Positions 12,301 to 25,461 of a DNA stretch of 64,000 nt are shown here, one piece after another. Each line of letters starts with the position of its first letter. The first letter of the stretch is position 1. The stretch comes from Ptychomitrium polyphyllum. Lineage: Eukaryota. A program made the position numbers and the translations under genes. Where the stretch lies: positions 9,796,001 through 9,860,000 of the forward strand of contig OZ316776.1 in assembly GCA_973851085.1 (NCBI GenBank). Direction: 5' to 3'. Under the pieces are notes generated by a model. The model was not told the origin of the DNA, did not search any database, and saw nothing but the letters and a program-made list of their open reading frames with translations.

Positions 12301-15300
12301 GTGCTTAGGGTTGTTTATGTATATTCCAATTTGTGGCTGTATCACGTAAGTCCTTGTTGCTGCAACATGATTATGTCATAATTTTCTTGCTATTTCTTTT
12401 AGATTGTAGGCATGAAGGTGTTGGAAAGGCCTTTGGAGAAACTGGATGAAGTCAGGAAGAAGAAGCTTATTGAACTTTGTGGTGTCGAGACCAGCGCACC
12501 TGGTACAGCAGCTCCAGGTTGGTGTTGCAGTTGATTTGCTGGTTCTGTCTAGTTGGGTTTGGTTCGGGTGATGTGTATGTAAGCTGGAGAATTTTGTTCT
12601 CTTAGGGAAGAGGGAAAATTGTTATGCTTTCTTTTTAGGAGATGTAATGAGCGGGCCGTTCTATTACAAATTCAGTTCTGTATGCCTCTGGTTTGAAGTT
12701 ATGTACTATCAATAGTGACCTATTCCCTTGATGTACTCCAGACACTGGCTTCATACTTGCTGTTGAGATTTGAAATGGGAGCTACTGGGGTTGTAATGAT
12801 TCTAAATCTTCAGTTGGACTTATTTTGTGGGCATTTCTTATGGCAGCGTTCTCTAGGTCTCAGGCAGATGCGAATGGTTCATCCCAGGAAAATGTATGGA
12901 CTGTGCTTATTTTATCTGGTGCCCACATCCTTTTGATTTTTTTTGATAAACAAGTTCTTTTTGATAGGATAAAGAGTGCTATTCTTCTCTCATGTCCTTG
13001 ATGCGAATTTCGTAATTCTGCTTTATGGTGCGCTTGAATTTCGACTGCCTGGGCTGAATGGATTGAGTTCTTTTTACAGGGTGTTGTTCAGCGGTCGTCT
13101 GCAGCAAGTCTTCTATCAGGGAAAAGGCCTGTGTCTACTGTAAGTTAATATCTTTAATTGGATTGCTGTTGATAATGATGTTGCTGTTTGAATCCAATGT
13201 ATGAACACTTTTATTTTACCCATGTCGTATCTTGTTTTACAACCGATTTTTTGGACTAATACCGAAGTGGATTATGATCCAGGTTTCCAAAAAGTCCAGT
13301 ACTGTATCTGGTGGAGCTTCCAAACAAAATGCAGCCAAGAAAACTGATGGAAGTAAAGCTTCAGCCAAGACTCAACCAGAGACACTCGAGGATGTGGAGG
13401 TAGGCATTGTCACTTGCCGTTTATTGATGATTTGTCAGTCATATGAACTGCATCTGACTTCTATTTTCATCAAATGTAATATTTGTAGGTTTAAGGTACA
13501 ACGGGAAGTGATTCGGTGCTTTAGAAAAGGTTGTCGGTATTGACATGTTATGGACCAAAATGACCAAAATCATGTTTTGTTTTCGAATTTGGCAGCCTGG
13601 AGAAATGAGTTTGGAAGACATTGAGACCAGATTAGGTCCCCTTTTCAATGCGGAAGTTCTTGCAAATTTAAAGAGTGCAAATTGGAAAGAGCGACTTGAA
13701 GGTGAGAAGACGACAATCTCGTGATCTCTTGAGCGAGTTTATCACCAAAGAAGTTGATTGCACTTTATGATAAATGCAGAAGCTACATATATGAGTTCTA
13801 AGAATCTTAATCATCACAGGGTTTCTATTAATTGAGATGTTTTCAACACTGGCAGCTCTATCTGATATCTATCAAATTTTTATATATCTGAGATGCCTTT
13901 TAAAAGAGGTTCTAGCGAAGGACAGTTCTTTGCTAAGATTATCTCCTGCATGTTTGAGTCTTACGCATTTATATATTGTCAGCTATTACCTCTCTGAAGG
14001 ATACTGTCGAAGAATTGAAGACGCTTGATCACTACTCTGAGCTGCTCATTCGCCTCTTGTGCATATTACCTGGTTGGAATGAGAAAAATATTCAGGTACG
14101 GCTGTCGATCTTCTGCACAATATGTCATCTTTGCTGGCATTCTTTGTTTTTGGTATGGCCTGTGTTTTATGGTATTTTATAGAAACGAATTTGATGGAGA
14201 TAAATTGTTTGGCAGAAATAGAACTGGCCTTATTTTGAGATTCAAAATCATTTGTCTTGGAGGTCTCATGTCTCATCTTAAATTGTGAGAACACAGGTGC
14301 AACAAAAGGCTATCGAAGCTGTCATTTTGATCGCTCAGACTTCTTCACGCTTTTCCAAGAAGTGTGTCGTTCTGTGCCTCACAGGTGGGTTCTGTTTCCT
14401 TTGTGGTGATCAATTTTTTAAAACTGTTGTTCATTTACGAGTGCCAGAGTCCTGTAGGCGTAAAGTTTTGCATTATCGTTCAGTTAAGTTTGAGTATTTA
14501 CTTAGGTTTAAGATCTGTTTGAATTTTGTACAGGCGTTGTGGAGAAAGTTGGTGATATCAAAACAAGGATACAGGCCACTAAATGTCTTACTACGTTCTG
14601 CGAGGCAGTGGGCCCAAAGTTTATCTTCGAAAGGGTATGTTCCAGCATATGGTGTTTGTGACTGTATTGGTGATGTTGGCATTTGCAATTTGAACCTCAG
14701 CTTCCTATCTCAATTGTTTGATGGTATATATCGTGCAGCTTTTCAAGATTATGAAGGACCACAAAAATCCTAAAGTTCTTAGTGAAGGCCTGAGTTGGAT
14801 GGTTACAGCACTGGACGACTTTGGAATAGGCCATGTTCCGCTGAAGGTTCGAGGAATTCTGCTTTAACCTGGATATATGCTCAATTAAATGCGTTGTGAA
14901 TCAACTAGTAGGCTGTTTTTCCCTATTATCAAACTCCTTATCATCTTACCCGTATATCGGGATTAATGGCAGGACCTCATCAACTTTTGTAAGGACACGG
15001 GACTTGGGTCCAGTGCTGCTGCTGTCAGAACTGCAACTATAAAACTTTTCGGTGTTCTTCACAAATTTGTTGGCCCAGGTTCTTACTCCTCATGTAGCCC
15101 AGCTGCAGGTGGATCGTTTTTCTTTCATTAGTGTGATTACTTCTGGTTAATTTTTTCTGAATCCTGCCGATGGGTAAGCTCTTTGCTCGTTATGTGCAGA
15201 CCTCAAAGGCTTCCTAACTGATGTGAAGCCACAGCTTCAAAGCATGATTGACGCAGAAATTGAGAAAAACCCTTACGAGGTACTGGCTTGCCATAATTTG

Positions 15301-18300
15301 TATGGAACGTCCTCCTTTCCAATTGCAACCTTCTTTTCCCTTTGCAACATTCTCATTTCAAGAACATTGGTTGGGGATTGACAGGGACCTGCAGCTGCTG
15401 CTCCTAAAAGGGCTATACGAGCGGCTGACCTTGAAGCCCCGACTGGTGGTACCGATGGCTTACCTCGTGAAGATATAAGTGGAAAATTGACTCCAGCTTT
15501 GTTGAAGAATATGAGTAGCCCAGACTGGAAGGCAAGCGCATTTCCCTCTCGTGTATTTGATTTTAATTAGTAAAATCTACTAGATGAAATACTACGTATA
15601 ACATATTAAGAGAACATGTGCTCTGCTAAGAGAATATCCCGGATCTCAACGTTTTCTTACTATGTAATCTATAATAAAATAACGCTGAGTTTCATTATCT
15701 ACATATGTGGACCAAACATTCATACACAACTTCTAGCTTTTGTTAATTGTAGATATTATCATTTGTTGTTGGGTAATTGCCTTCTTTTTCCATGATCTGT
15801 AGTCGCTCAAATTGTACGTTATTGCTCCTTATTGGCCTTACATGCAGCTACGACAAGAGTCACTAGAGGCCGTGAATGAGATCATTGAGGACGCCAATAA
15901 AAGAATACAACCTACCGGGACAGGTACATTTGTCTAATTTTGATATTGTTTAGCATCACCAGTAGGTCGATTTGGAAGATCAATAGAGTTCCTGTTGTAG
16001 ATTCTCAGCCCTGGTTAAAAAGTGGATCTTTGAATTGAAGGATTCGCGTGCTCTCTTTTCCGACAATGAATTTATTTAAACCGCAGATCTGGTGAGGGTC
16101 CTGTTTGTAACTACACTAGATTTATTCCTTATTTTAATTTACCTGTTATTGTTCTTTGAACTCACCGTTGTAAGAGCACATGAAATTCTCTTACATATCA
16201 GAGTTCAATATACCGATACTGAAAAGTGCATGCCTCAGTTATTTTACTGAATAATATGCTTCTGCTTCATATGTTTATTTTAGGTGAACTTTTTATGAGC
16301 ATGAAGGCGAGGCTAAATGACTCGAACAAAAACCTTGTTATGATGACATTGGCCACTCTTGGCACCATAGCAACAGCAATGGGTCCAGTTGTCGAAAAGC
16401 ACAGTAAGGTAAGTACAGGATGCAAAAATTCATTGTCTCACTTGCATCCTGACTAGCAAGTTTTGATCACAATGCAATTTCAATACAGTTGTGGTAATTT
16501 CATAATCGCAACTGGCTTGGTATATGACCATTGATGATCTAGAGGAGCTTTTCATGATGTAAAAGCTCCATGTGGGTAAATTATACTGAATGTCCTGTAA
16601 TCGTATTTGGAATTCTTGTCATTTTCTGCGCAGGGAATTTTGGCCGATGCTCTGAAATGTCTTGGTGATAATAAAAAGGTTGTACGTGAAGCAGTCATCA
16701 AAATGTTAGATTCCTGGGTGCTGTTATTGCAGCTCGATAAAATGGTACGCAGCACCTTTCAAAACTATGCTTGTAGAAGTGGCGTATCTATCCTATTAGC
16801 AATTAGTTTTGTTGAAATGCTTTCTAGGTGACACTCTTTTGGTTGATGTTCCCTTTACTTGATAATTTTGGTTGCAGCTTCCATATATTACTCCCGCCCT
16901 TCTAGAGGCTAAAATATGTGCTGAAGGACGGAAGGACCTTTTTGAGTGGGTAGCAAGGAATGTTTCAAAACAAGGGGATCAGCCAGTCCTGTTACAGTTA
17001 GTCAAGCCTATTTCCATGGGTTTACAGGTACGAGTTTTTCCAAGTTCATTTAATAGGTGTTTTTATAGTGCCAGCAATAAATGTACAATTCTTTTGCTGC
17101 AGGCTTTTGACAGATTTTGGTGCTGTAGGACAAATTTGTTGACATGCGGAAATCAGCTGAAGCTTGCTTGTTGGAGCTTATTCGAGTCTTTGATGTCGAA
17201 CCGGTAATTATTTTTTGTTTTAACTTGATAGATTATGTAGCGAACCTATCAATTCATGCATGGTATTGGCCACTTGATGCTGGCTTCATGGTTATAGCCG
17301 TCGATTCTCCCTAATCTATATTGCAGGATTAAACCTAGACTGTCCGTTTGGAACCATGCTTGAGGAGTTAAGTTTTCGTTAACAACTAGCTCTGTTACAG
17401 GTAATGAAAGCATCTAAAGGTGTTCAAGGATCAGCGCTAGCTGCACTGCAGAATGTATTTGATCACCAAAGATCGTCCAGTAAGTTTCGTCATTCTTACA
17501 ATTATGGGTATCTCTGATACATTTTTTATTTTTGCCATCACCTCCTCTACTTTCAGTCACGTATCCTTTTTTTACAGCTAACATTTAGATTTTGCCCAGG
17601 TGCTTCAGAAGATTCTTTCACAATGAGTAGTACGCCTAAAGCTGGAAGCAAAGCGTCAACTGCTGAGGCTCGAGCGTCGAGTAGAAATCCTAGCACTGTT
17701 GGCCGTGGAGCAGCTGTTGTAAACTCCTAACTGTACTTCAACTTTCTATATTGCTGTCGATGAGATGTTACTGTCAATATTCATATACTTGCCCAGGGCC
17801 TAGGCTGTTAACTTGTACAGATATTCTCCTAATTGCTTTGTGGTGTCGCATCCTCAGTCTAGTTAGGCGGAGGGTTCTACTTAGGTTCTGCTACAAATTT
17901 GAAACGCTAGATTGTTTTCAGTGTCTAGTTTATTTAGTGGTTTTTCTCTTAGTTCATTGTACCAATAAAAATAAAAATCTAGAGATAGTAATTGGTTTTC
18001 CGCTAAATCCTTCTTATCCTGTCTGTTGTCTGTACTTTGACAGAGGCAATCTGGTTCAAAACAAACGAAGACATCAGCTACATTGGCTGCTGAGGCGTAC
18101 GACATACAAATGCAGGGACAAGCACTTCTTAATCTGAAGGACTCACACAAGGTACACAAACATTCTGCTTATTCGTTTTTGTACCAGAGTACCTTCTTGT
18201 TACTATATCAACTAGTTTTACTTTTTTACATGCCAAAAAAACTCAGGTACGTAGATTGATGCATTTAAAAACGTGTTCCCAGTTTTAATCAGATTAAAGG

Positions 18301-21300
18301 TGCAGCAATGATAATGTGAATGATACATGTGGTGGCCTAAACTTAGAGATGTTTTCCGGGCTTCTCATGTCATTGTCTCACTCTTGCTGCAACATTATCT
18401 CCATTTTCAGTCTGGGACAGTACACTGCCGATTTCACAATGCCATGGTTGCTAAACTGTTGAGGTTTCTGCTCTGTTCAGGCCGAACGAGAAAGGTTAAC
18501 ATTTCGGAAGTACAAGTTTGATGATGCTGCAAGGAGAGAACAACCACATGATATTGAGGTAATATACTATTATTTCACCTCAATTACAATACATTAGTGA
18601 ATACTATTATATATTGAGCAAGTGGAGCATATCATCGATCACAGGTCTTCATCCTGGCAATTATGTGCACAACTTTTACGTGTTGTTGTGTTACTTCTGT
18701 GATAACTGAAGAACGTCAATTCTGTATGGTTGTGGTGAATGCTTCAGGCTGATATTGTCAAGTTCTTTCGAGAAGATCTTCAGAAGAAGCTTATTAGTCC
18801 CGATTTCAAGAAGCAAGTTGATGGTCTTGATTTGCTTCAAAGGGTATGTTCACCACACTCACTCGTGAAGTCATTATTAATTCAACAGTTTACGAGATAT
18901 TCAGGACAGAGATGGTTCTGCAGTTGTTTCAGTTATCATGTCGTGAAGAACTGGGCTTAGTTGGCTATTTAACCAGAAGGTTGGAGGGTGTCAAATTTGG
19001 CATTTAAAGTCTTTTACTGTTAGTCTGTACACTGCTAGGCTCTAAGACGTTCCACGAGCAATTTAGCTGTTTGTATTAAACTGTATGAAGATCGATTAAC
19101 CGGGATAGATTTTGCGAGTTACAAATATCTCAAATTGTCTAATTGGAATGAGATATTTGATTTTTGTTGTGTACAGGCTATTCCGAATCAAATCAAAGAG
19201 ATCATCGAGATCCTGGATGTTATTTTCCGGTGGAGCTCAATCCGATTTGCAGAATCGAACACAACATGTCTGCTGAAGGTGAGTTATTGGTTCATGATTT
19301 TAAATGATCACCTTGGTAATGTCGTTGTTTATTGGTGGTTTGATTGAGTTCTTAACTTATTCTGAGGCAGCCCTGACCAATGATTGTGCTGATTCAGGTC
19401 ATTGATTTCCTTTTTGATCTAGTAGAGGGACTGAAGGGTGAAGCCTACATGTTCAGTGAGTTTGAAGCAAGCATCTTGTTTCCATGCTTGGTGGAAAAGG
19501 TATGCCAATCGCGATTATCTGTCTCACATTTATATATTCAGAGTATGTCATGGGATTTGAAGCTTTGGCACTATGTTTCGAATTTGACGCTTTTCTTGTT
19601 TGAATCAGTCTGGACACAACATTGAGAAGGTCCGTGAGAAAATTCGCGAGTTGACAAGGCTGTTGTGCTCTATCTACCCAGCTCCAAAAGTGTTTGGTTT
19701 TATAGTAGATGGCCTTAAATCAAAGAACAACCGCACGAGGATTGAATGTGTTGAGAATGTTGAGTTCATGATAGAGCAGTGCGGTATTGAGGTAATTTCC
19801 TTCTTTCAAAAGTTTTACTGAGCTCTTAACTTTATTAATTTTATTGTTTAGTGTTAGTGACAACTATTTAGGGACCTTTTGTTGCTGGTGTGATATGTTT
19901 TGTATTTGGATCATATTAGAACTCGAACATGCCCATTTCTTACTTATCGAGTTGCAAATAGTTCCAATTCCCACATTGGAAATGATGTGGGGTTCGTTCA
20001 TGTGATCCAGATTGTGGGTTCCACAAAATCCTTACAGTCTATAGCAGCCTTGACTGTAGAAAGAGATGGTGAAATTCGGAAAGCCTCCCTAGCTGCATTG
20101 GCAACTGCTTACAAAATCCTGGGTGCGTTATAATCATGCTGGTTTGGTGCAGGTTTGCAGTTTTTCATATGGCTCTGCTTTAGAATGCGGTTCACTGGTT
20201 ATGAAAAGTATTTCCAACACTTTTTGATGTTCGCAGCTTCGTTTCTGTATTATCTGTAGGTGAAGATATCTGGAGGTATGTGGGCAAGATAACAGGTGCA
20301 CAGAAAGGGGTCATGGATGAAAAGTTCAAGTGGACGGTGAGAAAAAATATGTTCGACATTTTCGTTTTGCCTAATGTTTCTCCTCCTGGACTCCTGTCTC
20401 GTGTAATTACACATCGATGTTATTCAATTGTCATCCCATTTGCTAGGGTTGGATTTAAATCCTTTCCTAAATTCAGGCTCGAGAAATGGATAAGCGAAGA
20501 GAAGGTAAACCTGGTGGTGCCAGAGCAGAGGAGGCAAGAGCTCTTGAAGCGAGAGCTGATGAAGGAAGAGCTTCTGTTAAGCGTTCTGCTGTGGATACCA
20601 GGTTAGTTGTAAAAATAGAAATTGTATCTGCATTCTGTCGATGTCAAGGGATATTCAATATGAAGTAGTTCCATTACTCTTTTCTGGCGTATTGAAAAAA
20701 ATCTTTGCGGCATACAAATCCTCTATCTGTAACCTGCCGCAACATACACATTACGGGTGTTCGCCATTGTTACGTGTAGAATTTTAGGATTTATCGGCAT
20801 AATGAGTTGCATGCCACTAGGTTTGTGGCTTTCCTTGGTGACTGAAAGCCATCTAGCGTATCACTGAGATTATTGTGCCGAAGTTGTGTTGGTTGTGCGT
20901 GTGCATGTTTAATCCAACGCTGGTTATGGGTCAGTGAGATAATGCTGTTTAGGTTTTATCTACTTATTACACTAGCTCAGCTATTCGTATCTGTTGCTTA
21001 GTCTTATTAGGAGTCTGAGACTTAATGCATTATCGATTCATTCGCTTCGCTTGGCATGGCGAATTTCTCCGAATATTTGAATGAATTCACGAAAATGAAT
21101 GCATCTTATGTTTCGCTTGGAATAGTGTCTTTTCACTATTTTCTAATAGCTACTGGGATCAATGCGTTCTGCTCATTCATCTTTCAGTTCAGAATCAAGT
21201 AATGGGCACATAGACATTAGAGTTGAGGGGCTTCATGGAGATATGCTACAATCAAGTCCATTGGACTGGAATGAAGCTCTTGACATCATCAACAATGCAA

Positions 21301-24300
21301 CATCATCAGAGCAGGTGCTGAAACTTACGGATATGATTATGGATTGTCCCAGTTTATCTTTCTGAATCTTTACTAGTTTTTTCGTATTTGGTTTCTGGAG
21401 TTTTATGTTCAATCGATGAGAAACTATAATTGCGGGTTAGGTTTGCATGGACATCCTGGTATTTCTTGAGTTTAGAAAAAGTCGTCTGATAGATTGTCTT
21501 TATTGTGTGAAGCAACTCATTTAAGTTTGCTGTATTAACATGTTGGGGGACAAGTCTAGATTGGTGTGGCAAGAAGACGTCGCTTTTTAATCTCAGTGCG
21601 TCTTTCATAACATCTCTTCTTCATCAATGCTTCCAGGTTGTTGATGGTCTAAAGCTTGTTTGCCACGAATTGGCTAAAGCTGCGGGCGATCCAGATAGTG
21701 GGGCTCTCGACGAACTTACAAACGACGCAGACCTTCTTGTCACTACTCTTTTTGTAAAGGTAAGAGACCCGATTTTTTCTTAGATTGGCTTGTTGATAAG
21801 AACTTCTTTGCATTTTCATGGATAATAATATGTGGATATGATGCTGATACACAATTGGTTTGAGATTTTAAGGATGCTGGTTTTAATTGTAAAAATTGGT
21901 TATTTGGCACAATAACTATCCCTCCTAGCAAATATTACGTTGCAAGTGTATTCTTTCTCTCTGATTGTTATCATTTTGAGAATGAACTGAATACACTACA
22001 AGCTTCTATTTTTACTTGTAAGTGAAGCGTCTCTTGGGGACCGAACTGGTTGTTTGCCAGTTTATCTACTGATACAGAATATACATGACTACCAGGTCAC
22101 AACTACTTTCAATCTAGGACTTGCTGGAGCTTCGTCGAGGTCTTGTAAATATGTCCTCAATACTCTTATGCAGGTATTTGTTGCACGAAGTTGAAAGCAA
22201 CAATATATTTTCTAGAGTTGGCATGATAATATAAGTGTTACCCTGTTTATTTTGCTGTAAACACGAGAACCTCCAGAAGAACCAGAAGCTAATTTTCGTT
22301 GATTTAAACTCTTTTTGTGTAGACATTCCAAGTCAAGAAACTTGCACGAGCTGTGAAGGAAGGCACCTTACACAATCTAATCACTGAGCTTCTGGTATGG
22401 CTCCTGGATGAGCGGGTCCTGCTGATGGATGATGGTAGCCAGCTGTTAAAGGCCATGAATGTTCTGATGCTGAAGATATTGGTAAGTCAATATTATATTT
22501 CCCTATTTCGGAAAAGACATCTGACCATCGTTTCTGGTTTAGTTATGAAGTTTAAATTCTTTTAAGAGAATTTGGTGATTTTATCTGACAAAGATTTAAA
22601 CTTACCCGAGAACGCAAATTGGGTGTTTTTTTTAGGAAAATGCAGATCGCACATCAGCATTTATAGTCCTGATCTACCTTCTGCGACCTGTGGGTTCATC
22701 CAAGTTTGCTTGTCGTCAACAGGGTACAGCAGTTAGAAACCAGAAATTTCTGGACCTTGTCGTCAAGTGCCTTATCAAGCTCACTAAGGTTAGCAACTAC
22801 GGTATGCTTGTTTATAGTTGAAATTAATGTGGTCAAAAATTACAACTAGATGTGGGATCTTGGATCTGATTAACGTATTTGGTGGCAGGTTCTTGGTTCC
22901 ACTTTGCTTGAAGTAGATCTTGACCGCATTCTCCAAAGTATTCATGAATACTTTGAGGAGCTGGGAATGGCTGAAATAAGGAAAAGGTACGTGATGGATT
23001 TCCAATTTCGTATACCGTTCTGATTGCGGTGTTCTATCTTGTTTCTTGTATGATGATCCATCCTTAGGAGGGATAACAAGTCTCGTTTTCAATCACCGAT
23101 CTTGAGAGAAGAGCAAACTTCTTGGTCTGGTGTTTCTCATCATCTTTTCACTATGCTGTGGAAATTGTTTGTTTGGAACAGAGCTGGAGCTGATGATAAG
23201 CCTTTGCGCATGGTGAAGACACTTTTGCACGAGCTAGTAAAACTCCGTGGCACTGCAATCAAAGGTCACCTTTCGTTGGTACCGATTGATCTGGAGCCTC
23301 AACCTATCATTCTTGCGTACATCGACCTCAACCTTCAGGTGCCTTGACAAGAAACTCCAATTTCTTTGAAACTCGGAGCAGGTAGTTTATAGGTATATTT
23401 TGGCTTCTACAAAACGTCGAATGTAGAATCAACGTGGGCTTAAGGACCTAAAATATCTTTTTACTTGAACGAGTGATTTGGATGTTACGAAGTAGACTGC
23501 GTCTGATGTTTAGAAATTCGGCCTTTTTTAGACACAACTCAGGAACTTAGACGATTGGTGATTCTAGTAGAGGCGATGTGTCCACTGTTCAGCAGGATCT
23601 TTTATAAACAGACTCCTTTAAATTTATGTGAGCAGAGAAACAGGGCAGGAATACTCAAATGAGGATTGTCAGTCTGATTATATGCAATCGTCAATGTACT
23701 TGTAACAGCATAAATTTCATGCTATATCCATTGGGTTAGATAAGTTTGTTGATGAGCTTTTGATCCTTATCTGTATGTAATCTTGTAGACCTTGGGAACC
23801 GTTGGACAAACGCAGTGGTCTGGAAATAATGGAAGTTCTTCACCGTCAAATCAATCTGCTGAGGCACAGCTTAAAGTAAGCTTTACAACTACTTCTCCAT
23901 ACTTTTACGTGCTCATTATTTTTATTGGGTTACGTTGATATTGTGTCAGCTGGGTTTGCATGTTTCTTATGATAAATTGATTCTTCAGTATCTGTTGGTT
24001 TCGATTTTGCAGCAAGAGCTTGCTGCAGTGTTCAAGAAAATTGGTGATAAGCAGACTTGTACAATTGGACTTTATGAGCTGTATCGCATCACACAGCTAT
24101 ATCCGGAGGTGTGGAATTGGCATTTTTCTTTCTGCTTGTTTCTATTTAATGCAGATGCAGACTCTCGTTCGTAAACTCTTTTGTTACAGAATACCTCTGC
24201 AATCAAGGAAATAGTTCTTGAAAATCTACTGATATGTAGTGTTCTTGAACAGGTTGATATATTCTCCCAGCTGCAGAATTCAAGTGAAGCTTTTCGGACG

Positions 24301-25461
24301 TACATTAGTGACGGCATTGCGCAGGTTGGTTCATGATCTAACTATGATCTTTCGCGACGCGATCACATTGCCATAAAAGCCGGTTCCATATATGAGTGGC
24401 AATCTCTAAGGCATTGTTTAGCCAAGTTTCACACCCTCAAGGGCGACACAACTGTGGGCTTCTACTTTAGTGTAATCTTAAATTGTTTCCTTGTGCTCTG
24501 GCAGATGGAAAGAAACGCAGCTGCTGGGAGGACTTTTGGAAGCATTCCTATCTCCTCACCACCACCCGTGTCTTCTTCTACAATTTCACACACCAAGTCG
24601 TTGACGTCATTTCAAAATCGGGGCAGGGGGCAGGGTGTTGGAATTGAAAGTGGTGGTTCTTATGCTTTGCATGCATTCGAGGACAATAACAGCTCAGCAC
24701 ATATAGATGCAAGGACTTCTGAATTTATTGAAACATTGCCCTTGAAATCATCTGCTGGGCATAATGTTATGGCTACTGTACAAGGTGAGATTTTTTCTGC
24801 TCCATTGATTGTCCACGATCGCTTCTAGCGTTTGGGAGATCTCGCGAGTGTTTCTACATTCCTCGGTGACTTGGTTTGAGCTCGGTCTAATCTGGGCTAC
24901 CTGAATTCGAAATAAATTGACCAATTTATTATAGCCTTCAGCCTTCAACCTTTATTAAGGGAGATGTTAATATATTGACCAATTTGTTAAGGCCTGCACC
25001 AATGAAAAGGCCGAAATTGGAGCCTATGATAAATTGATTAATCTGGTACTATCTGTTATGAGCGACCGAAAAGTTTCAAGAAGGTAAAAGTATGGAGATG
25101 AAAATGATGCCAAGAAATAAGGAAAATCCTTGCAATCCTGTAGTCGTTTAATGGTTAAGTTGTTTTTAATATCAGGGAGGCATTTTTTTAATTTGCAGGT
25201 TTGAGTGACTGGAAACCCCACAACCAAGCTATGGGAGGCACTTTAGATGCAATAAGGGAGAGGATGAAAAGCATTCAAGCTGGAGCAACTGGGACAACAG
25301 TAACTCATTCAACAACATTTTCTTCGAATGGCTTGATGCCACACTGCCGAAACAGTTCGAGTGGGGATGTGGTTGAGGACAAGGCCCTTTCTGGCCTGCA
25401 AGCGCGCATGGAAAGGCTGAAGGCTGGGGGAGGATTGGAATATGACATCACCCAAAGATGA
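6376..25461 (+). CDS. MOR1: Microtubule organization 1 (MOR1/GEM1), XMAP215/ch-TOG family microtubule polymerase with TOG domains; 53 coding exons, ~2006 aa
   Basis: The translation matches plant MOR1 as I recall it: MSEDEKLLKEAKKLAWEDRLVHKNWKVRN, DSNAPCQEKALD, ATKWSERRDA, SANWKERLE, SPDWKLRQES, SPDFKKQVDG, SKNNRTRIEC, GADDKPLRMVKT, ELAAVFKKIGDKQTCTIGLYELYRITQLYP, GTLDAIRERMKSIQ, LSGLQARMERLK. Hand-spliced exons: 6376-6535, 8275-8380, 8875-8998, 9413-9492, 9600-9777, 9940-10004, 10236-10318, 10420-10505, 10992-11105, 11301-11420, 11544-11646, 11814-11950, 12108-12173, 12403-12517, 12847-12893, 13080-13139, 13283-13399, 13596-13701, 13983-14095, 14297-14384, 14534-14634, 14739-14846, 14973-15078, 15200-15279, 15385-15531, 15848-15923, 16284-16408, 16634-16744, 16878-17027, 17129-17203, 17401-17479, 17600-17718, 18044-18151, 18481-18558, 18748-18843, 19177-19278, 19398-19499, 19609-19791, 20011-20122, 20260-20336, 20477-20601, 21188-21314, 21637-21759, 22096-22173, 22323-22481, 22636-22788, 22889-22986, 23182-23338, 23789-23875, 24013-24108, 24253-24324, 24505-24784, 25199-25461. 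The total is 6021 nt (divisible by 3) and all intron phases agree. Boundaries in the low-complexity linkers (exons 15, 32, 42) are the least certain. Confidence 0.97.

Noticed and set aside
6599..23060. Intronic TGATGA motifs as possible box C/D snoRNAs
   Set aside because: I found no case with a well-placed D box, a terminal stem and a recognisable rRNA guide.
8036..25227. Many short ORF-track entries within MOR1
   Set aside because: Plus-strand entries are exons read into flanking introns or in shifted frames; minus-strand entries are antisense shadows.
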